Below are positions 7,791 to 17,905 of a stretch of 64,000 nucleotides of DNA, piece by piece. The DNA is from an uncultured Opitutales bacterium (lineage in GTDB: Bacteria; Verrucomicrobiota; Verrucomicrobiia; Opitutales; CAYWEO01). Under the pieces are notes generated by a model. The model saw nothing but the letters and a program-made list of their open reading frames with translations. It was not told the origin of the DNA and ran no database searches. The translations under genes were made by a program, and so were the position numbers. Where the stretch lies: NCBI GenBank assembly GCA_964457855.1, contig CAYWEO010000002.1, forward strand, positions 9,015 to 73,014, in the 5' to 3' direction. Each line of letters starts with the position of its first letter. Within the stretch, counting starts at the first letter, position 1.

Positions 7791-9689
7791 TTACCTCTCC
7801 GGCGTCTCGGTTAGGATATTTCCTTTCGTAGACAATAGGCTCGCCGTCACAAAGATGAGCAAGTTGCGTTTTTGGGAGGTTTCGCCTTTGGATTGGAAGA
7901 GGCGGCCGAGGAGGGGGAGGTTGCCGAGGAGAGGGACTTTATCCTGGACTTCCTTGACTTCTTCGCGCGTGAGTCCACCCATAACGACGGTGGCGTGGTT
8001 TTGGATGATGACTTCCGTATGGATGCGTCGCACGGAGAAAATTGGTTGGAAGTAGCCGGAGGGGGAGCGCACGGTTGTGGAGCCGGAAATGGCGATATTG
8101 GAGCCGCCGTATTCGACGAATCCCTCGAATTCTGTGACGGAAGGCTCGAGTTTGAGGCAAATTTGGTTATCTTGTTGGACGGTTGGGGTAACGGACATTT
8201 GGACGCCGACGTTACGGACAGCGAAATCTGAGGGAGTTCCTGCCGTGATCGTGACACCAGCTGCGCCGGCTGCCCCTCCACCACCCGTTGCGTAACCTGT
8301 TCCTACGTTGGATCTTGCATGCGAATAAGCTTGCGGATAGCGCATTTCTTGTGCGACAACGATTTCCGCCTTCTTGCCCGATAAAACCGTTATGCGTGGG
8401 GCGCTCATCAAGTCAGATCCGCTTTGCTGTTCAAGGGCTTGCATGACGAAATTCATCTGATAGCCGTTGAGGACCCCGAGCATATTGGCGATGGGGGCTG
8501 ATTGCGAGCCCGTATTGATGCTATTGGGAAAATTTGGAGAGTTGTTCGGAATATCGATGTTTGTGGTTCCTGACAAAATAGTTCCGTTGCCGCTCGTGTA
8601 GGTTTGTTTTGCAAAAGCGTTGAGAGTGCGCAAGTTACTGACGGAATCGTTGCCAGTCATGACTTGCGCCTGGTTGTTTTTTCCCATGTTCCATTTAAAC
8701 CCAATTTCTTCGAGGGCGCCCTGTTGGACTTCGAGGAATTTGGCTTCGATTTGAACTTGTTTGATTTCCAGGTAGCGCGAAAGGATATTTTTGATGCGTT
8801 GAAGGTTCTTTTGTGTTTGCGTGACAATGAGTTGAGTGCCATCGAAGGCGAGGGATGATTTTGGAATATCGAAATCAACGCCTGCCCGCGAGAGGAAATT
8901 TTTCAGCGACTTTTCTTCTTGGGAGAGAAGATGATTGGGTGCGTTTTGGGGATTGAGATCAGCCTCTAACTTTTGTGGAACTTCGCCGATGAGTTGGATT
9001 ACGGTGGCCCGCGAAATCGGGAAGGTTTTGGTGTTAAGGATGGCCTTAATGTCATCTTCGCGCTTGATAATAACGGCATCTTTTTCGACTTCGATTTGGA
9101 AATTGATTGATTGGGCGATGTAGTTTAAAATCGTTAATAGAGAAAGGTTTTTGAGCGAAAGCGTGACGTTTGGATTGACGGATTTTGGGTCCATCAGAAT
9201 GAGGTTGATGGGGTTATCTGGAGACGGATTGTATTTTTCGGCCAGATTTGCTAAAAGTGCAACCACTTCTTTGATCGGAACATCTTTCAACTGAATGGAG
9301 GGAAGGACGATCGTCTTAAGTTGTTGGAGAAGAGGGACTTTTGTGGAAGCTTTTTGGGTAATGGGGAGCGTGAGGACTTCTACTTCGGGCTTGATCCATG
9401 CTTGATCCACTTGTTTGAGAAAGTCTGTACGGGTGGTTTGGCGCTGCAGCGAATAGGGGGGCATGCGCCATTGTTGGACTTTGAGGAGGAGTTCCTTGGC
9501 TTGTTCGTGGTTGGGGTATGCCTTTATAAAATCCGTAAGTTCTTTCTGCGCAAGGTCAAATTGGGCGGCAAAGTAGTGGATTTTGATCGCAGAAAATTGC
9601 TTATCTTCTTCAGGCGTGTGCGGAGGATCTGCATAAACGCTGACGGAAGGCAGGAAAAAAAGGCAAATGATGATCAACGAGTTGCGCAT
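7791..9689 (-). CDS. secretin (GspD/PilQ family outer-membrane channel)
   Basis: 632 aa with a signal peptide. The C-terminal secretin domain has VPLLGNLPLLGRLF and a Gly/Ala-rich gate region. Confidence 0.9.
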   Translation of the reverse strand: MRNSLIIICLFFLPSVSVYADPPHTPEEDKQFSAIKIHYFAAQFDLAQKELTDFIKAYPNHEQAKELLLKVQQWRMPPYSLQRQTTRTDFLKQVDQAWIKPEVEVLTLPITQKASTKVPLLQQLKTIVLPSIQLKDVPIKEVVALLANLAEKYNPSPDNPINLILMDPKSVNPNVTLSLKNLSLLTILNYIAQSINFQIEVEKDAVIIKREDDIKAILNTKTFPISRATVIQLIGEVPQKLEADLNPQNAPNHLLSQEEKSLKNFLSRAGVDFDIPKSSLAFDGTQLIVTQTQKNLQRIKNILSRYLEIKQVQIEAKFLEVQQGALEEIGFKWNMGKNNQAQVMTGNDSVSNLRTLNAFAKQTYTSGNGTILSGTTNIDIPNNSPNFPNSINTGSQSAPIANMLGVLNGYQMNFVMQALEQQSGSDLMSAPRITVLSGKKAEIVVAQEMRYPQAYSHARSNVGTGYATGGGGAAGAAGVTITAGTPSDFAVRNVGVQMSVTPTVQQDNQICLKLEPSVTEFEGFVEYGGSNIAISGSTTVRSPSGYFQPIFSVRRIHTEVIIQNHATVVMGGLTREEVKEVQDKVPLLGNLPLLGRLFQSKGETSQKRNLLIFVTASLLSTKGNILTETPER

Positions 9690-9698
9690 AATATGTGC

Positions 9699-11102
9699 CT
9701 AGCCTTTGCGTGTAAGATGGTAAATCTGTGGAATGTTGCTGTCGATAGCCTTTATTGTAATGGTTTGCTGCTTGGGGTCAAAGTTTAAAATGTAAAAATA
9801 GGTGTTCTGGAAACGAAACTTCTTTTCTGAGCCGTCGATAGTGAACGTTTCGAGTGGAGAGGCTGTGGGTTCGAAGGCTAAAAGAAAGTGGTTTTCGTAA
9901 AAAACGGGTTTATCTGCGAGGACAAAAGAGGCGTTTTCTGCATGATCGAGAACGGTTGCTTGCGGCTGAGGAGTCGCAGAAAAGGCCGTCAAAGTGACGT
10001 TTAAAGCGGGGTCACGTTGATTGAGGAGGAGCGTGTAAATGTCCTTCGACGATGCGGAGGATACGAGAACGGCTTGTTGTTTGTTAGGAAGTTCCAAAGA
10101 GCCCTTGAATTGCAGCTTGTACGGCTTTTGCGAGATGCCCTTCAGAACGAAAGGAAGGGGTTTCTGTTTGGCCTGAGCTTCGCGGGAACTTTCAAACAAC
10201 TCGCGAGCGTTTTTCGGGGGCGATTTCCAAGGGATGGTGACAACTTGTGAGAGGGCCGCTGGCACTGTTTTTTGTGCGTTTTTTGCGGCTGCGGCCTCTT
10301 CGACGGAGTGGATGTCGACGAATTCAAGGACCACTTTAAACTGCTGAACGGGCGTTTGATCGGCGTGTGGTTTTGCGGATAATTCCCTGACAATCAGCGG
10401 GATAGGTGCTGAGGCAATGCCGTTCAGGAAAGCTCTGAGGGTGCGAGTTCCAGACGCGAACTGGATAGAAAAAGCCGTTGTGGAAAGCTTGTGAAAAATG
10501 GCCCCAAGGGAGGCACTGGGGGATAAGGCAAAAGTGTCGGGGGTGTTTTCCAGGGGCGAAATGGGTTGCCTTTGAACAGAGAGGAGAGTGTGAGGAGGTG
10601 GTGTAGCATTAAAGAGGAGATCGAGTAAGAATCTGACAATAAAGTATTGTTGGATAAGGGGTTGGAGTTGCGTTTGATCGGGTATTCTGCTTAAACAATC
10701 GGAGAAACTAAAAGCGCAATTTTCGGGAATTTTGATTGATTTTTCTTTTGCGATGACCTGTTGTTGGCGAATGAATTCCTGTAGATTGAGCGTGAAATCG
10801 AGGGCTGTTTGCTGAGTATTGGGGAAAAATTGTGTTTGCTGCGTAATGAATTTCTTTGTCAGGTCAGCGAGTTTGAAGTTGAGGGTTTCGAGTTTTTTTT
10901 GAGAAGATTCCAGCCGTTGATCAATGGGGCCCGGATGCGAACGGAGCGTTTGCTGAATCTTTTGCTGGGTCGTGCGCAGGAGCTTTTTGGCCTTGCGGAT
11001 TTGGCAAATATAGTAGATGTTTACGAAGAAAATGCACAAAAGGAACCCTAGGCCAGTCAACAGAACGGCCTGTTTTTTACTAAGATTTTTCAGTCCCATC
11101 AT
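9699..11102 (-). CDS. hypothetical bitopic membrane protein in the pilus/secretin operon
   Basis: 467 aa with a single N-terminal TM (AVLLTGLGFLLCIFFVNIYYI) followed by a coiled-coil-like segment. It lies between the PilM-like gene and the secretin, where pilN/O/P normally sit. Confidence 0.6.
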   Translation of the reverse strand: MMGLKNLSKKQAVLLTGLGFLLCIFFVNIYYICQIRKAKKLLRTTQQKIQQTLRSHPGPIDQRLESSQKKLETLNFKLADLTKKFITQQTQFFPNTQQTALDFTLNLQEFIRQQQVIAKEKSIKIPENCAFSFSDCLSRIPDQTQLQPLIQQYFIVRFLLDLLFNATPPPHTLLSVQRQPISPLENTPDTFALSPSASLGAIFHKLSTTAFSIQFASGTRTLRAFLNGIASAPIPLIVRELSAKPHADQTPVQQFKVVLEFVDIHSVEEAAAAKNAQKTVPAALSQVVTIPWKSPPKNARELFESSREAQAKQKPLPFVLKGISQKPYKLQFKGSLELPNKQQAVLVSSASSKDIYTLLLNQRDPALNVTLTAFSATPQPQATVLDHAENASFVLADKPVFYENHFLLAFEPTASPLETFTIDGSEKKFRFQNTYFYILNFDPKQQTITIKAIDSNIPQIYHLTRKG

Positions 11103-11121
11103 GGATTTCTGTAAAACGTTC

Positions 11122-12660
11122 CTAGAGATAACTATCGGGATCTAGCATCATGGAACAAGTGAATTGAGTTGCATTGTTTTTTTGGTCGTGTTTGGTTTGC
11201 GTGATATTCATGGATGTGATGAGTTTGGAGTGTTTGAGTTTGTCGACAAATTGGGCAATTTTGCTGGTGATTTTCGATGGACCATTGCCATTGGGCGAAT
11301 CGGAAGCAATCGCTCCTGAAATATCCAAAGAGCATTGCGGGAGAGAGATTAAAGTGGGTGGAGTTGCGGAAACCGTTGGGCTGATGATTGCATAGCGAGT
11401 ATCTAACTTGTTGATGGAGATAATGTCGGTTGAGCGCAAGTTTTCTTGAATATGGTTGAAAATATTGACCCATTGGTACTGGCATTTCTGGAGGGCGTTG
11501 ATCAAATTGATCTTAAAGAGCGTGGTGTCAGAGAGTTGAGTGTTTTGCGCCAATGAGAGGAGTTTTCTCTCTAAAAGCTGGAGTTGCTGATTGGACGAAA
11601 CCAGTACTTTTTTGAGCAGGTTGTGTTGATGCTTCAGAATTAGGAACAGTAGGGAGAGCGAAACCGATGCAGAAAGGGTTAAAAAAGAAGCATTTTGCGC
11701 AATGATTTGCCTGTGGCGTTTTGCCGAATCGATGGGGAGGAAATTGACGTAAATGGGGTTTTGTGACGATAAATTGTTTTCAAGCGCGATGGTTTCAAAC
11801 GGATACGTACAGGTGTGTTTCGGCAAGAGATCGCAAAGATGATTCGCTGGAATCAAGAATGTTTTTTCAAAGGCAACTTTAAAGACGTGGGCGAGTTCTT
11901 GCGGAGATTGGATGATCAGCGACGAAAATGGGGGGAGCTCAATTTGAGATTCCAGTTGGGCCACAAAGACATTTTCTTGAATTTTTTGGCAAAATGAGAG
12001 GATATCTTTGGGATTTGTGGGGAATTTTTGGAAAATGTTCCTCATCCAGAAGATTTTTTGATCCGAAACATAGGCGACGTTCGTCATGTCTTGTTTTATG
12101 TGGATCAAGAGGGAAGGCTGGAGCTCTTGAGGGACCAAATTTGCCAGAGAGATCGCTTGGAATAGAAGGGAGGGGGAAACGGAAGCGATCGGAAAGTAAT
12201 AATCCTGGAAAACCTTCATGAAATCTTCTGCAAAGGTCTTTTTAAGCGCGAAAATGAGGAAATTCTGGTTAGATGGCGACGGGAAACACGGAATGGATTT
12301 CCAGAAAAAAGTTTTGAGGAAATGAGGAAATTTTTGGTTGAGTGCAAGCGCAATTGATTGTTTAACGGAGTCAACGTCCGAGGGCGGCACCGAAACGTTT
12401 GAAATGAAAACTTCATGGTCCGGCGGCGTGATCAGGAAGGGGTGCGAGAGGGACTTTTTCCTGATAAATTGATGGAGCGACGCACGGAAGTTTTGCAGCC
12501 AGATATTCGAATCTAACAATAAAGGAACGTTCGTGTGTGACTTAATGGAATATTTGCTGTTGTCTTTGATGAGCTCTGAAAAGTAAAAGGCATTTTTTTC
12601 GCAATGAATCGAATACAGCACATCATGCCGTTTGTTAAGCTTTGGGAGGAGAGCGTTCAC
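11122..12660 (-). CDS. PilM-like (actin-ATPase-fold) assembly protein fused to a TM/PilN-like segment; assignment tentative
   Basis: 512 aa and first gene of the operon that ends with the secretin. It has an internal TM (FLTLSASVSLSLLFLILK) after a cytoplasmic domain of about 330 aa. The call rests on position and architecture only. Confidence 0.5.
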   Translation of the reverse strand: MNALLPKLNKRHDVLYSIHCEKNAFYFSELIKDNSKYSIKSHTNVPLLLDSNIWLQNFRASLHQFIRKKSLSHPFLITPPDHEVFISNVSVPPSDVDSVKQSIALALNQKFPHFLKTFFWKSIPCFPSPSNQNFLIFALKKTFAEDFMKVFQDYYFPIASVSPSLLFQAISLANLVPQELQPSLLIHIKQDMTNVAYVSDQKIFWMRNIFQKFPTNPKDILSFCQKIQENVFVAQLESQIELPPFSSLIIQSPQELAHVFKVAFEKTFLIPANHLCDLLPKHTCTYPFETIALENNLSSQNPIYVNFLPIDSAKRHRQIIAQNASFLTLSASVSLSLLFLILKHQHNLLKKVLVSSNQQLQLLERKLLSLAQNTQLSDTTLFKINLINALQKCQYQWVNIFNHIQENLRSTDIISINKLDTRYAIISPTVSATPPTLISLPQCSLDISGAIASDSPNGNGPSKITSKIAQFVDKLKHSKLITSMNITQTKHDQKNNATQFTCSMMLDPDSYL

Positions 12661-12774
12661 TAACCTTCATGCTAAAGTAAAAATCCACTGAAGGGAAGCC
12701 AAAATATGCGGTAGAAAAATTTACCGTTCATAGGGAACGAATTAAAGAAGGCAAGAGGAAACTTTAGGGAATTT

Positions 12775-13084
12775 TTCCGGAGGGGGGCTTTTTAGGTTAA
12801 TTCCGGAGAACCAATTTTTTGCAAAAAAATGGTTCTCCGGGCCTCTCCAAAAAAAACTCTTAATTCGGAAGGCATTTTTTGGCACATAGTGCCAAAAAAT
12901 GCCTTCCGATACCGCTTTTCTTGTGAAAATTAGGAAAACGTCGGAACCTCTGGCGTGGCTTCTATTTCGAGATGACGGGCAGGCGCGCGCGGACGAAATC
13001 CCTGAGCGTACTAACACGTGATGGGATTGAGATCCGATGCGTAACGAACCCGCCGCTCGAAATAGAGGCTACGCCAGAGGTTCC
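12775..13084 (-). repeat. repeat locus R5: reverse-order array with H3 half plus H3 (12803-12840), H2 (12865-12909), degenerate H1, then FB-alpha (12943-13084) overlapping the xseB 3' end
   Basis: FB arms GGAACCTCTGGCGTGGCTTCTATTTCGAG (12943-12971) / CTCGAAATAGAGGCTACGCCAGAGGTTCC (13056-13084). The right arm contains the xseB stop (13069-13071) and its last 4 codons. Confidence 0.9.
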
Positions 13085-13293
13085 ACCATCGACTCCTTAA
13101 TCTGCTGAACCCTCATGTCTGCGTGTTTGAGTTGAGCCTCGCAGATTCTCAGATAGCGGACGCCTTCTTCGTACTTTGCAACCAATTCAGACAGCGGCAT
13201 GGTGCCCGACTCCATACTCTTGACGACGTCATTTAATGCCCCGAGAGCGGACTCAAAACTGACCTGCTGCGGCTTTTCCTTTTTTTTCGTCAT
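13069..13293 (-). CDS. xseB: exodeoxyribonuclease VII small subunit
   Basis: 74 aa with the typical FESALGALNDVVKSMESGTMPLSELVAKYEEGVRYLRICEAQL. Confidence 0.9.
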   Translation of the reverse strand: MTKKKEKPQQVSFESALGALNDVVKSMESGTMPLSELVAKYEEGVRYLRICEAQLKHADMRVQQIKESMVEPLA

Positions 13294-13326
13294 AAAAGAT
13301 ACGAAAAGTGGCTCGTTGCGCTCATG

Positions 13327-14115
13327 TTACTTGGCAACAACATTGCCTCCCGCTTTCCCTTGATTAGCAACGGATTGCATCGCGTCCTGGACTGCACTGG
13401 CATCCCCGAGGTAGTAATGTGAAAGGGGTCTTAGATGGGCGTCTAATTCGTACACCAGAGGAATGCCCGTTGGAATGTTCAAGTTAGATACGCCGTTATC
13501 GGTCATATTGTCGACGTACTTGACCAACGCGCGTAGGGAATTTCCATGAGCCACGACAAAGACGCGCTTGTTCTTTTTGATTTCTGGAACGATGAATTGG
13601 TGCCAGTAGGGCAAAAAGCGATCGACGGTGTCTTTCAAAGATTCTCTAACGGGGATTTCTTCCCTGCGGAGTCCCGCATAACGAGGGTCGTTTCCAGGAT
13701 AGCGGGGATCTTGTTCGGGAAGTGGGGGAGGGGGCGTATCATAACTTCTGCGCCAGATTTGCACTTGATCTTCCCCGTATTTAGCGGCGATTTCCGACTT
13801 GTTAAGTCCTTGCAGCGCACCGTAATGACGTTCATTGAGGCGCCAAGATTTGTCCGTAGGAATCCACATTTGATCAAGGTCGTCGAGAACGATCCATAAC
13901 GTACGGATAGCGCGTTTCAGAACGGATGTGAAGGCTCTATCAAAGGAATAGCCACCCTCCTTGAGGAGTTTAGCGGCGCTTTTTGCTTCCCTGATGCCAT
14001 CTTCCGAAAGATCAACGTCCGTCCAGCCTGTAAAGCGATTTTCCTTGTTCCAGGTACTTTCGCCGTGGCGCAGGAGCACGAGTTTATGCATAACGAGTGA
14101 AGATGATAATGCCAT
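13327..14115 (-). CDS. gpmA: 2,3-bisphosphoglycerate-dependent phosphoglycerate mutase
   Basis: [27 protein letters not shown] and the later HGNSLRAL motif. Start trimmed to ATG 14115; an alternative ATG at 14091 gives [12 protein letters not shown]. Confidence 0.9.
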   Translation of the reverse strand: MALSSSLVMHKLVLLRHGESTWNKENRFTGWTDVDLSEDGIREAKSAAKLLKEGGYSFDRAFTSVLKRAIRTLWIVLDDLDQMWIPTDKSWRLNERHYGALQGLNKSEIAAKYGEDQVQIWRRSYDTPPPPLPEQDPRYPGNDPRYAGLRREEIPVRESLKDTVDRFLPYWHQFIVPEIKKNKRVFVVAHGNSLRALVKYVDNMTDNGVSNLNIPTGIPLVYELDAHLRPLSHYYLGDASAVQDAMQSVANQGKAGGNVVAK

Positions 14116-14296
14116 GGTGTTGATGTATTGAATTGTTTTTGTATTGAATTGTTTTGGATGAAAAAAGTGGGTGAAAGACCAATCAGAATGCACATGGAAA
14201 ACATGGGCACTTTTGGTATCATGCACACATAGTATGCCATTTTTCAACCACAAAATTGCGGAAAATAGTGTTTTTTTTCAATTGTCAATGTCAACT

Positions 14297-14641
14297 TCAA
14301 CCGGGTGGCCACTGAAAAGATCGTCCGCTGAGAAAATGCAAATGAAGATGCGGAATCGTTTCACCAGCGGACGGACCGTTATTGATGACAAGACGGAAAT
14401 CCAGGACATGCAGCCTCTCGGCCAAGATTTTCGCAACCAAAAAGAGGTGCGATAGGGCTTCGGAATCCCCTTCTGTCACGCCAGATACCCGCGGAATAGG
14501 CTTTTTCGGGATGATTAGGCAATGGATGGGAGCCTGCGGATTCCGATCGCGAATGGCAATGGCAAGGGTATCCTCGTACTCAATCACCGCCGGAATTTTC
14601 CCCTGAATAATCTTTTGAAAAAGCGTCAGTTGTTCCTCCAT
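14297..14641 (-). CDS. HIT-family (HinT-like) nucleotide hydrolase
   Basis: Histidine triad HLHLHFLSG. Start trimmed to ATG 14641 (MEEQLTLFQKIIQGKIPA) because 14685-14734 is the H1 repeat. Confidence 0.85.
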   Translation of the reverse strand: MEEQLTLFQKIIQGKIPAVIEYEDTLAIAIRDRNPQAPIHCLIIPKKPIPRVSGVTEGDSEALSHLFLVAKILAERLHVLDFRLVINNGPSAGETIPHLHLHFLSGRSFQWPPG

Positions 14642-14684
14642 AAGAGATAAAAGTAGCCAATACTCAGCTTTTTGGAAGGGTAAA

Positions 14685-14745
14685 TTCGGAAACTTTTCTT
14701 TTCTGCGGGAAAAGAAAAGTTTCCGAACCTTCAAAAGAAAAGCGA
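14685..14745 (+). repeat. repeat locus R6: H1 (14685-14727) plus linker, truncated
   Basis: TTCGGAAACTTTTCTTTTC-TGCGG-GAAAAGAAAAGTTTCCGAA followed by CCTTCAAAAGAAAAGCGAT. Confidence 0.9.
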
Positions 14746-14772
14746 TATTTTTTGCTTATGCCGTCCAAAAAA

Positions 14773-16053
14773 CTACTCATTATGGCCGGAATAACTTTCC
14801 CTCATGCAGCAGCAGATGATGACGCCGATGAGCATGGAAATGGGGAGGATCGATAGGGCGAGGCGGTAGTCATTTTGGGTGTAGTGTGTGGCTCCAGTGA
14901 GCATTGCCTGTTTATCGGTGACGAAATCTAGGATGAAGCCCACAGCTGGTTGCAAAAAGGCGCCCAGCAACATCACAATCATGTTGACGGCGGCGATCGC
15001 ACTTCCGCGGGCGAAATGGGGGGCATTCTCGATTCCAACGATAAAGCTAACGACTTCGCTGCTCGATAACACTCCCAACAGGAACAACCAAATGCCTAAG
15101 CTAAATAACGACATTGATGGGACGGATAAAAGAAATATCAATATGCACGAGCAACCGATCGTGCTGAATAATAACGGCTTTTTGCGCGTTTGCAGTCTGT
15201 CTGACAACCACCCGGCAATAGGGCCTCCGACGAGCCACCCGAGGTAGAGCATGGCCACGACGGTCGCCGCTTGCGCCTTTGTAGAACCCGTGACAGTCCG
15301 GATGTATTGGACGCCCCACAAGTCTGCAAAAACGCTCAGTGGGAGGAATAAAATGCCTCCAACAATGCCAACGAGCCATACTTGTTTGTTTTTGATGACG
15401 CAGAACAAATTCCTGAAAAAATCTTGAACAATTCCTCTTTGTTCGTGTGGTTTATCTTCTTCCCAAAAGGGACGTACCGGGATAAAAAGAAACAAAATTC
15501 CCGCCATAATAATCCCCAGGATTCCCGCCAGAATCCACGTTTGCTGCCAGCCCACGTTATCAACGACTTTGGATAGGGGTCCTTGGCCAACAATGGCGCC
15601 CAGCATGCCAAGACCCGTCGTTAGACCCGACAGCAATGCGAGCTGGTTCTTACGAAACCATACGGTGCACAAATACATGACGCCGACAAAGCCGAACGCC
15701 GAACCAAATCCCATTAAAAACCGACCAGCTGCCAATAAACTCGGCGTTTTCGCGGGAACCATCGCTAAAAAACATCCCACCGCGATCAGTAAACTCGCCG
15801 GAATCAGGAGCTTCCTTCCCCCATAGTAATCAAACAATCCACCGACGACCAGCTGCATCGGCGAATAAATGAAGTAGTACATCCCGACGGCTATCGCCAC
15901 CTCGCTCGCACCAATCGAAAAGGCCGACTGCAGCTCGTGCTCCATGACGCTCGGGATCACGCGAACAAAGTATTCGTATAAATAAAATAAAGACGCGACG
16001 AGCCAAATCACTTTCGCACGCGTTTTTCCAATATAACGTTCTTTAGTTTTCAT
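14773..16053 (-). CDS. MFS transporter
   Basis: 426 aa with about 12 predicted TM segments and MFS-like loop motifs. Confidence 0.8.
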   Translation of the reverse strand: MKTKERYIGKTRAKVIWLVASLFYLYEYFVRVIPSVMEHELQSAFSIGASEVAIAVGMYYFIYSPMQLVVGGLFDYYGGRKLLIPASLLIAVGCFLAMVPAKTPSLLAAGRFLMGFGSAFGFVGVMYLCTVWFRKNQLALLSGLTTGLGMLGAIVGQGPLSKVVDNVGWQQTWILAGILGIIMAGILFLFIPVRPFWEEDKPHEQRGIVQDFFRNLFCVIKNKQVWLVGIVGGILFLPLSVFADLWGVQYIRTVTGSTKAQAATVVAMLYLGWLVGGPIAGWLSDRLQTRKKPLLFSTIGCSCILIFLLSVPSMSLFSLGIWLFLLGVLSSSEVVSFIVGIENAPHFARGSAIAAVNMIVMLLGAFLQPAVGFILDFVTDKQAMLTGATHYTQNDYRLALSILPISMLIGVIICCCMRESYSGHNE

Positions 16054-16112
16054 ACAAAATTTTTAGAGGAATCGATCGTGTACCTGCTGGCAATCCAAAA
16101 ATGAAAAAATGT

Positions 16113-16757
16113 TTAATCAGAAATTCCCATCGACAGAATTTTTTTCATCGCATCTCGCGGACTCATCTCCAAAACGTGGATGTTGCTCCGCGACACCATC
16201 ATCCAAAAACCTGTTGTGGGATTCGGCGTCATTGGCACAAAAACGCCTACAGGTTGATCGACGCCTTTTTCGCCCAGTTCTCCCAACTTGTCGCAAGCGA
16301 TAAACCCCAGCGTATAAATGCCTTTTTTGGGAAATTCGATCATCACTACCTGCTGAAACGACGACTGCCCAGACGATTGAAAAGTCGCGATCATCTGCTT
16401 CACCAAGCCGTAAATCCCCTTCACAAACGGCACACGCCCCACACCGGTTTCAAAAACGTCGAGAAGATACTTCGCGAAATAACGCTTTGATATCCAGCCA
16501 CAAAACGTAATCACGATCATGAAGCACGCAACCGACACGACTCCAAAACAAATCTGCCACAAAATGCTCTGTGAAAACGAGGCATTGAAAAACGTTAACA
16601 AAAATTCGCTCGCCGGTATACCGATGTTTTCGATCACAATATCGGTTAAAAAGAGCGTAACGAACAGCGGAAACAGCAACAACAGACCCGTCCCCAATGC
16701 ATTTTTGAAGGCCTTTAAAAAGCTGTGGAATAATCCTGTCATGGTTTTCAGTCTCAA
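16113..16757 (-). CDS. DUF502-family membrane protein
   Basis: 214 aa. Architecture and PTTPNPTTGFWMMV-type motif are shared with the adjacent paralog. Confidence 0.75.
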   Translation of the reverse strand: MRLKTMTGLFHSFLKAFKNALGTGLLLLFPLFVTLFLTDIVIENIGIPASEFLLTFFNASFSQSILWQICFGVVSVACFMIVITFCGWISKRYFAKYLLDVFETGVGRVPFVKGIYGLVKQMIATFQSSGQSSFQQVVMIEFPKKGIYTLGFIACDKLGELGEKGVDQPVGVFVPMTPNPTTGFWMMVSRSNIHVLEMSPRDAMKKILSMGISD

Positions 16758-16765
16758 AGACTTGC

Positions 16766-17512
16766 CTACAAGGTCTTTACGGTTGATGGAAGGTTGCCCT
16801 CTTGCGTCACTTTCGTCAAGGACTCTCCATTTTTCTTCACATATTCCGGCGTAACCGCACCACCAGAAATCACCGTTTTAATCCCGTCCGTTACGCTCAT
16901 TTCCAGTTCCATAACCTTTTCTTCAGGAACGAGTAAGAGGAATCCACTCGTCGGGTTCGGCGTTGTCGGAACGAACACCGTAACCAGGCGCTTCGCAACC
17001 TTATCTTCCATCTCGCTCCGTTTGCGATTCGTGATAAATCCTATAGAATAAATGCCATCCCTCGGGAATTCGACCAACACAGTTTTCTGAAAAACCACCC
17101 GTTCCGTCCCAGAAAATGCTTCCACCATCTGCTTAACCGTCTTGTATACGGTCTTCACAAGCGGCAGACGCTCAATCGTGATCTCCGTAAATCGCAAAAT
17201 ATACTTCCCTAAGAAGTGCTTAGACAACCACCCAAACAACGTGATCAAGATGATGACAAAGATAATCGAAATCACCTTCAGAACGATTGGCGCCCAACTC
17301 TTGTCTAACCACGCAGTGTCCAAGAACCCAAAAAATACCCGGCTGCTCGGCCCACCAATCTTCTCTATCAACAAGTTAACGACAAACACTGTCACCACCA
17401 ACGGCAAAAGCAATATCAACCCCGATATAAACGACGCCCTCACCCTCTTCAAAAAAATCATAAACCAATGCATAGATAAAATTATTTCGAGAATATTTTT
17501 TAAAGCAAGCAT
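16766..17512 (-). CDS. DUF502-family membrane protein (tandem paralog)
   Basis: VPTTPNPTSGFLLLVP motif, colinear with 16113-16757. Start trimmed out of the H1 repeat to ATG 17512; an alternative ATG is at 17473. Confidence 0.75.
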   Translation of the reverse strand: MLALKNILEIILSMHWFMIFLKRVRASFISGLILLLPLVVTVFVVNLLIEKIGGPSSRVFFGFLDTAWLDKSWAPIVLKVISIIFVIILITLFGWLSKHFLGKYILRFTEITIERLPLVKTVYKTVKQMVEAFSGTERVVFQKTVLVEFPRDGIYSIGFITNRKRSEMEDKVAKRLVTVFVPTTPNPTSGFLLLVPEEKVMELEMSVTDGIKTVISGGAVTPEYVKKNGESLTKVTQEGNLPSTVKTL

Positions 17513-17520
17513 GGATATAT

Positions 17521-17689
17521 TCAGGGAAACTTTCTTTTCGGAGAAAAGAAAGTTTCCCTGACCCTTCAAAGAAAAGCATATCGAAGCGCATTTTTGTGGC
17601 ACTACGTGCCTAAAAAATGCGCTTCGAATGAAGAGTTTTTTTGGAAAGGGCCCGGGAAAACCAATTTTTGCAAAAAATGGTTTTCCCGG
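17521..17689 (+). repeat. repeat locus R7: complete H1 (17521-17561), H2 (17581-17627), H3 (17652-17689) array
   Basis: All three palindromes lie between the DUF502 start and the tRNA-Arg(CCG) 3' end. The stems carry compensated variants (TCAGGGAAAC.../...GTTTCCCTGA). Confidence 0.95.
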
Positions 17690-17705
17690 AATATCAACAA
17701 AAACC

Positions 17706-17780
17706 TGGTACTCCCGTTGGGATTCGAACCCAAATTTTTGGCTTCGGAGGCCAACGTCCTATCCGTTGGACGACGGAAGC
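17706..17780 (-). tRNA. tRNA-Arg (anticodon CCG)
   Basis: Hand-folded cloverleaf. Acceptor GCUUCCG/CGGGAGU, anticodon arm UUGGC-CUCCGAA-GCCAA, T arm UUGGG-UUCGAAU-CCCAA, with CCA encoded. Confidence 0.85.
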
Positions 17781-17905
17781 GTGCTTGACAGCAGTGAGCT
17801 TGTTTTAAGTTGGCGTATCGGGGGGCGAATGACAATAAGAAATTGAAAAATACGCAATAATGGGGAGTAATGGACGCGAGTTATGGGAATTAGGCGTGAA
17901 ATGAG

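Noticed and set aside
12742-13017. Track ORFs lying wholly or mostly inside the repeat loci. Examples: 661-861, 12742-13017, 17594-17846, 32177-32768, 45338-45577, 45602-46090, 51566-51902, 57102-57505, 58390-58689, 62686-63099. They yield recurrent peptides such as PKNAFRIRVF, FWHYVPKNAFR and FSLKGSENFSFLLKRKFSE.
   Set aside because: The same peptides recur because the palindromic H1/H2/H3 DNA is being translated in both directions. The ORFs have no independent coding signal. In many cases they simply add false N-terminal extensions to real genes (MBL, HIT, DUF502, dxr, the XerC/D-family gene, rodZ-like, mnmA, dnaK).
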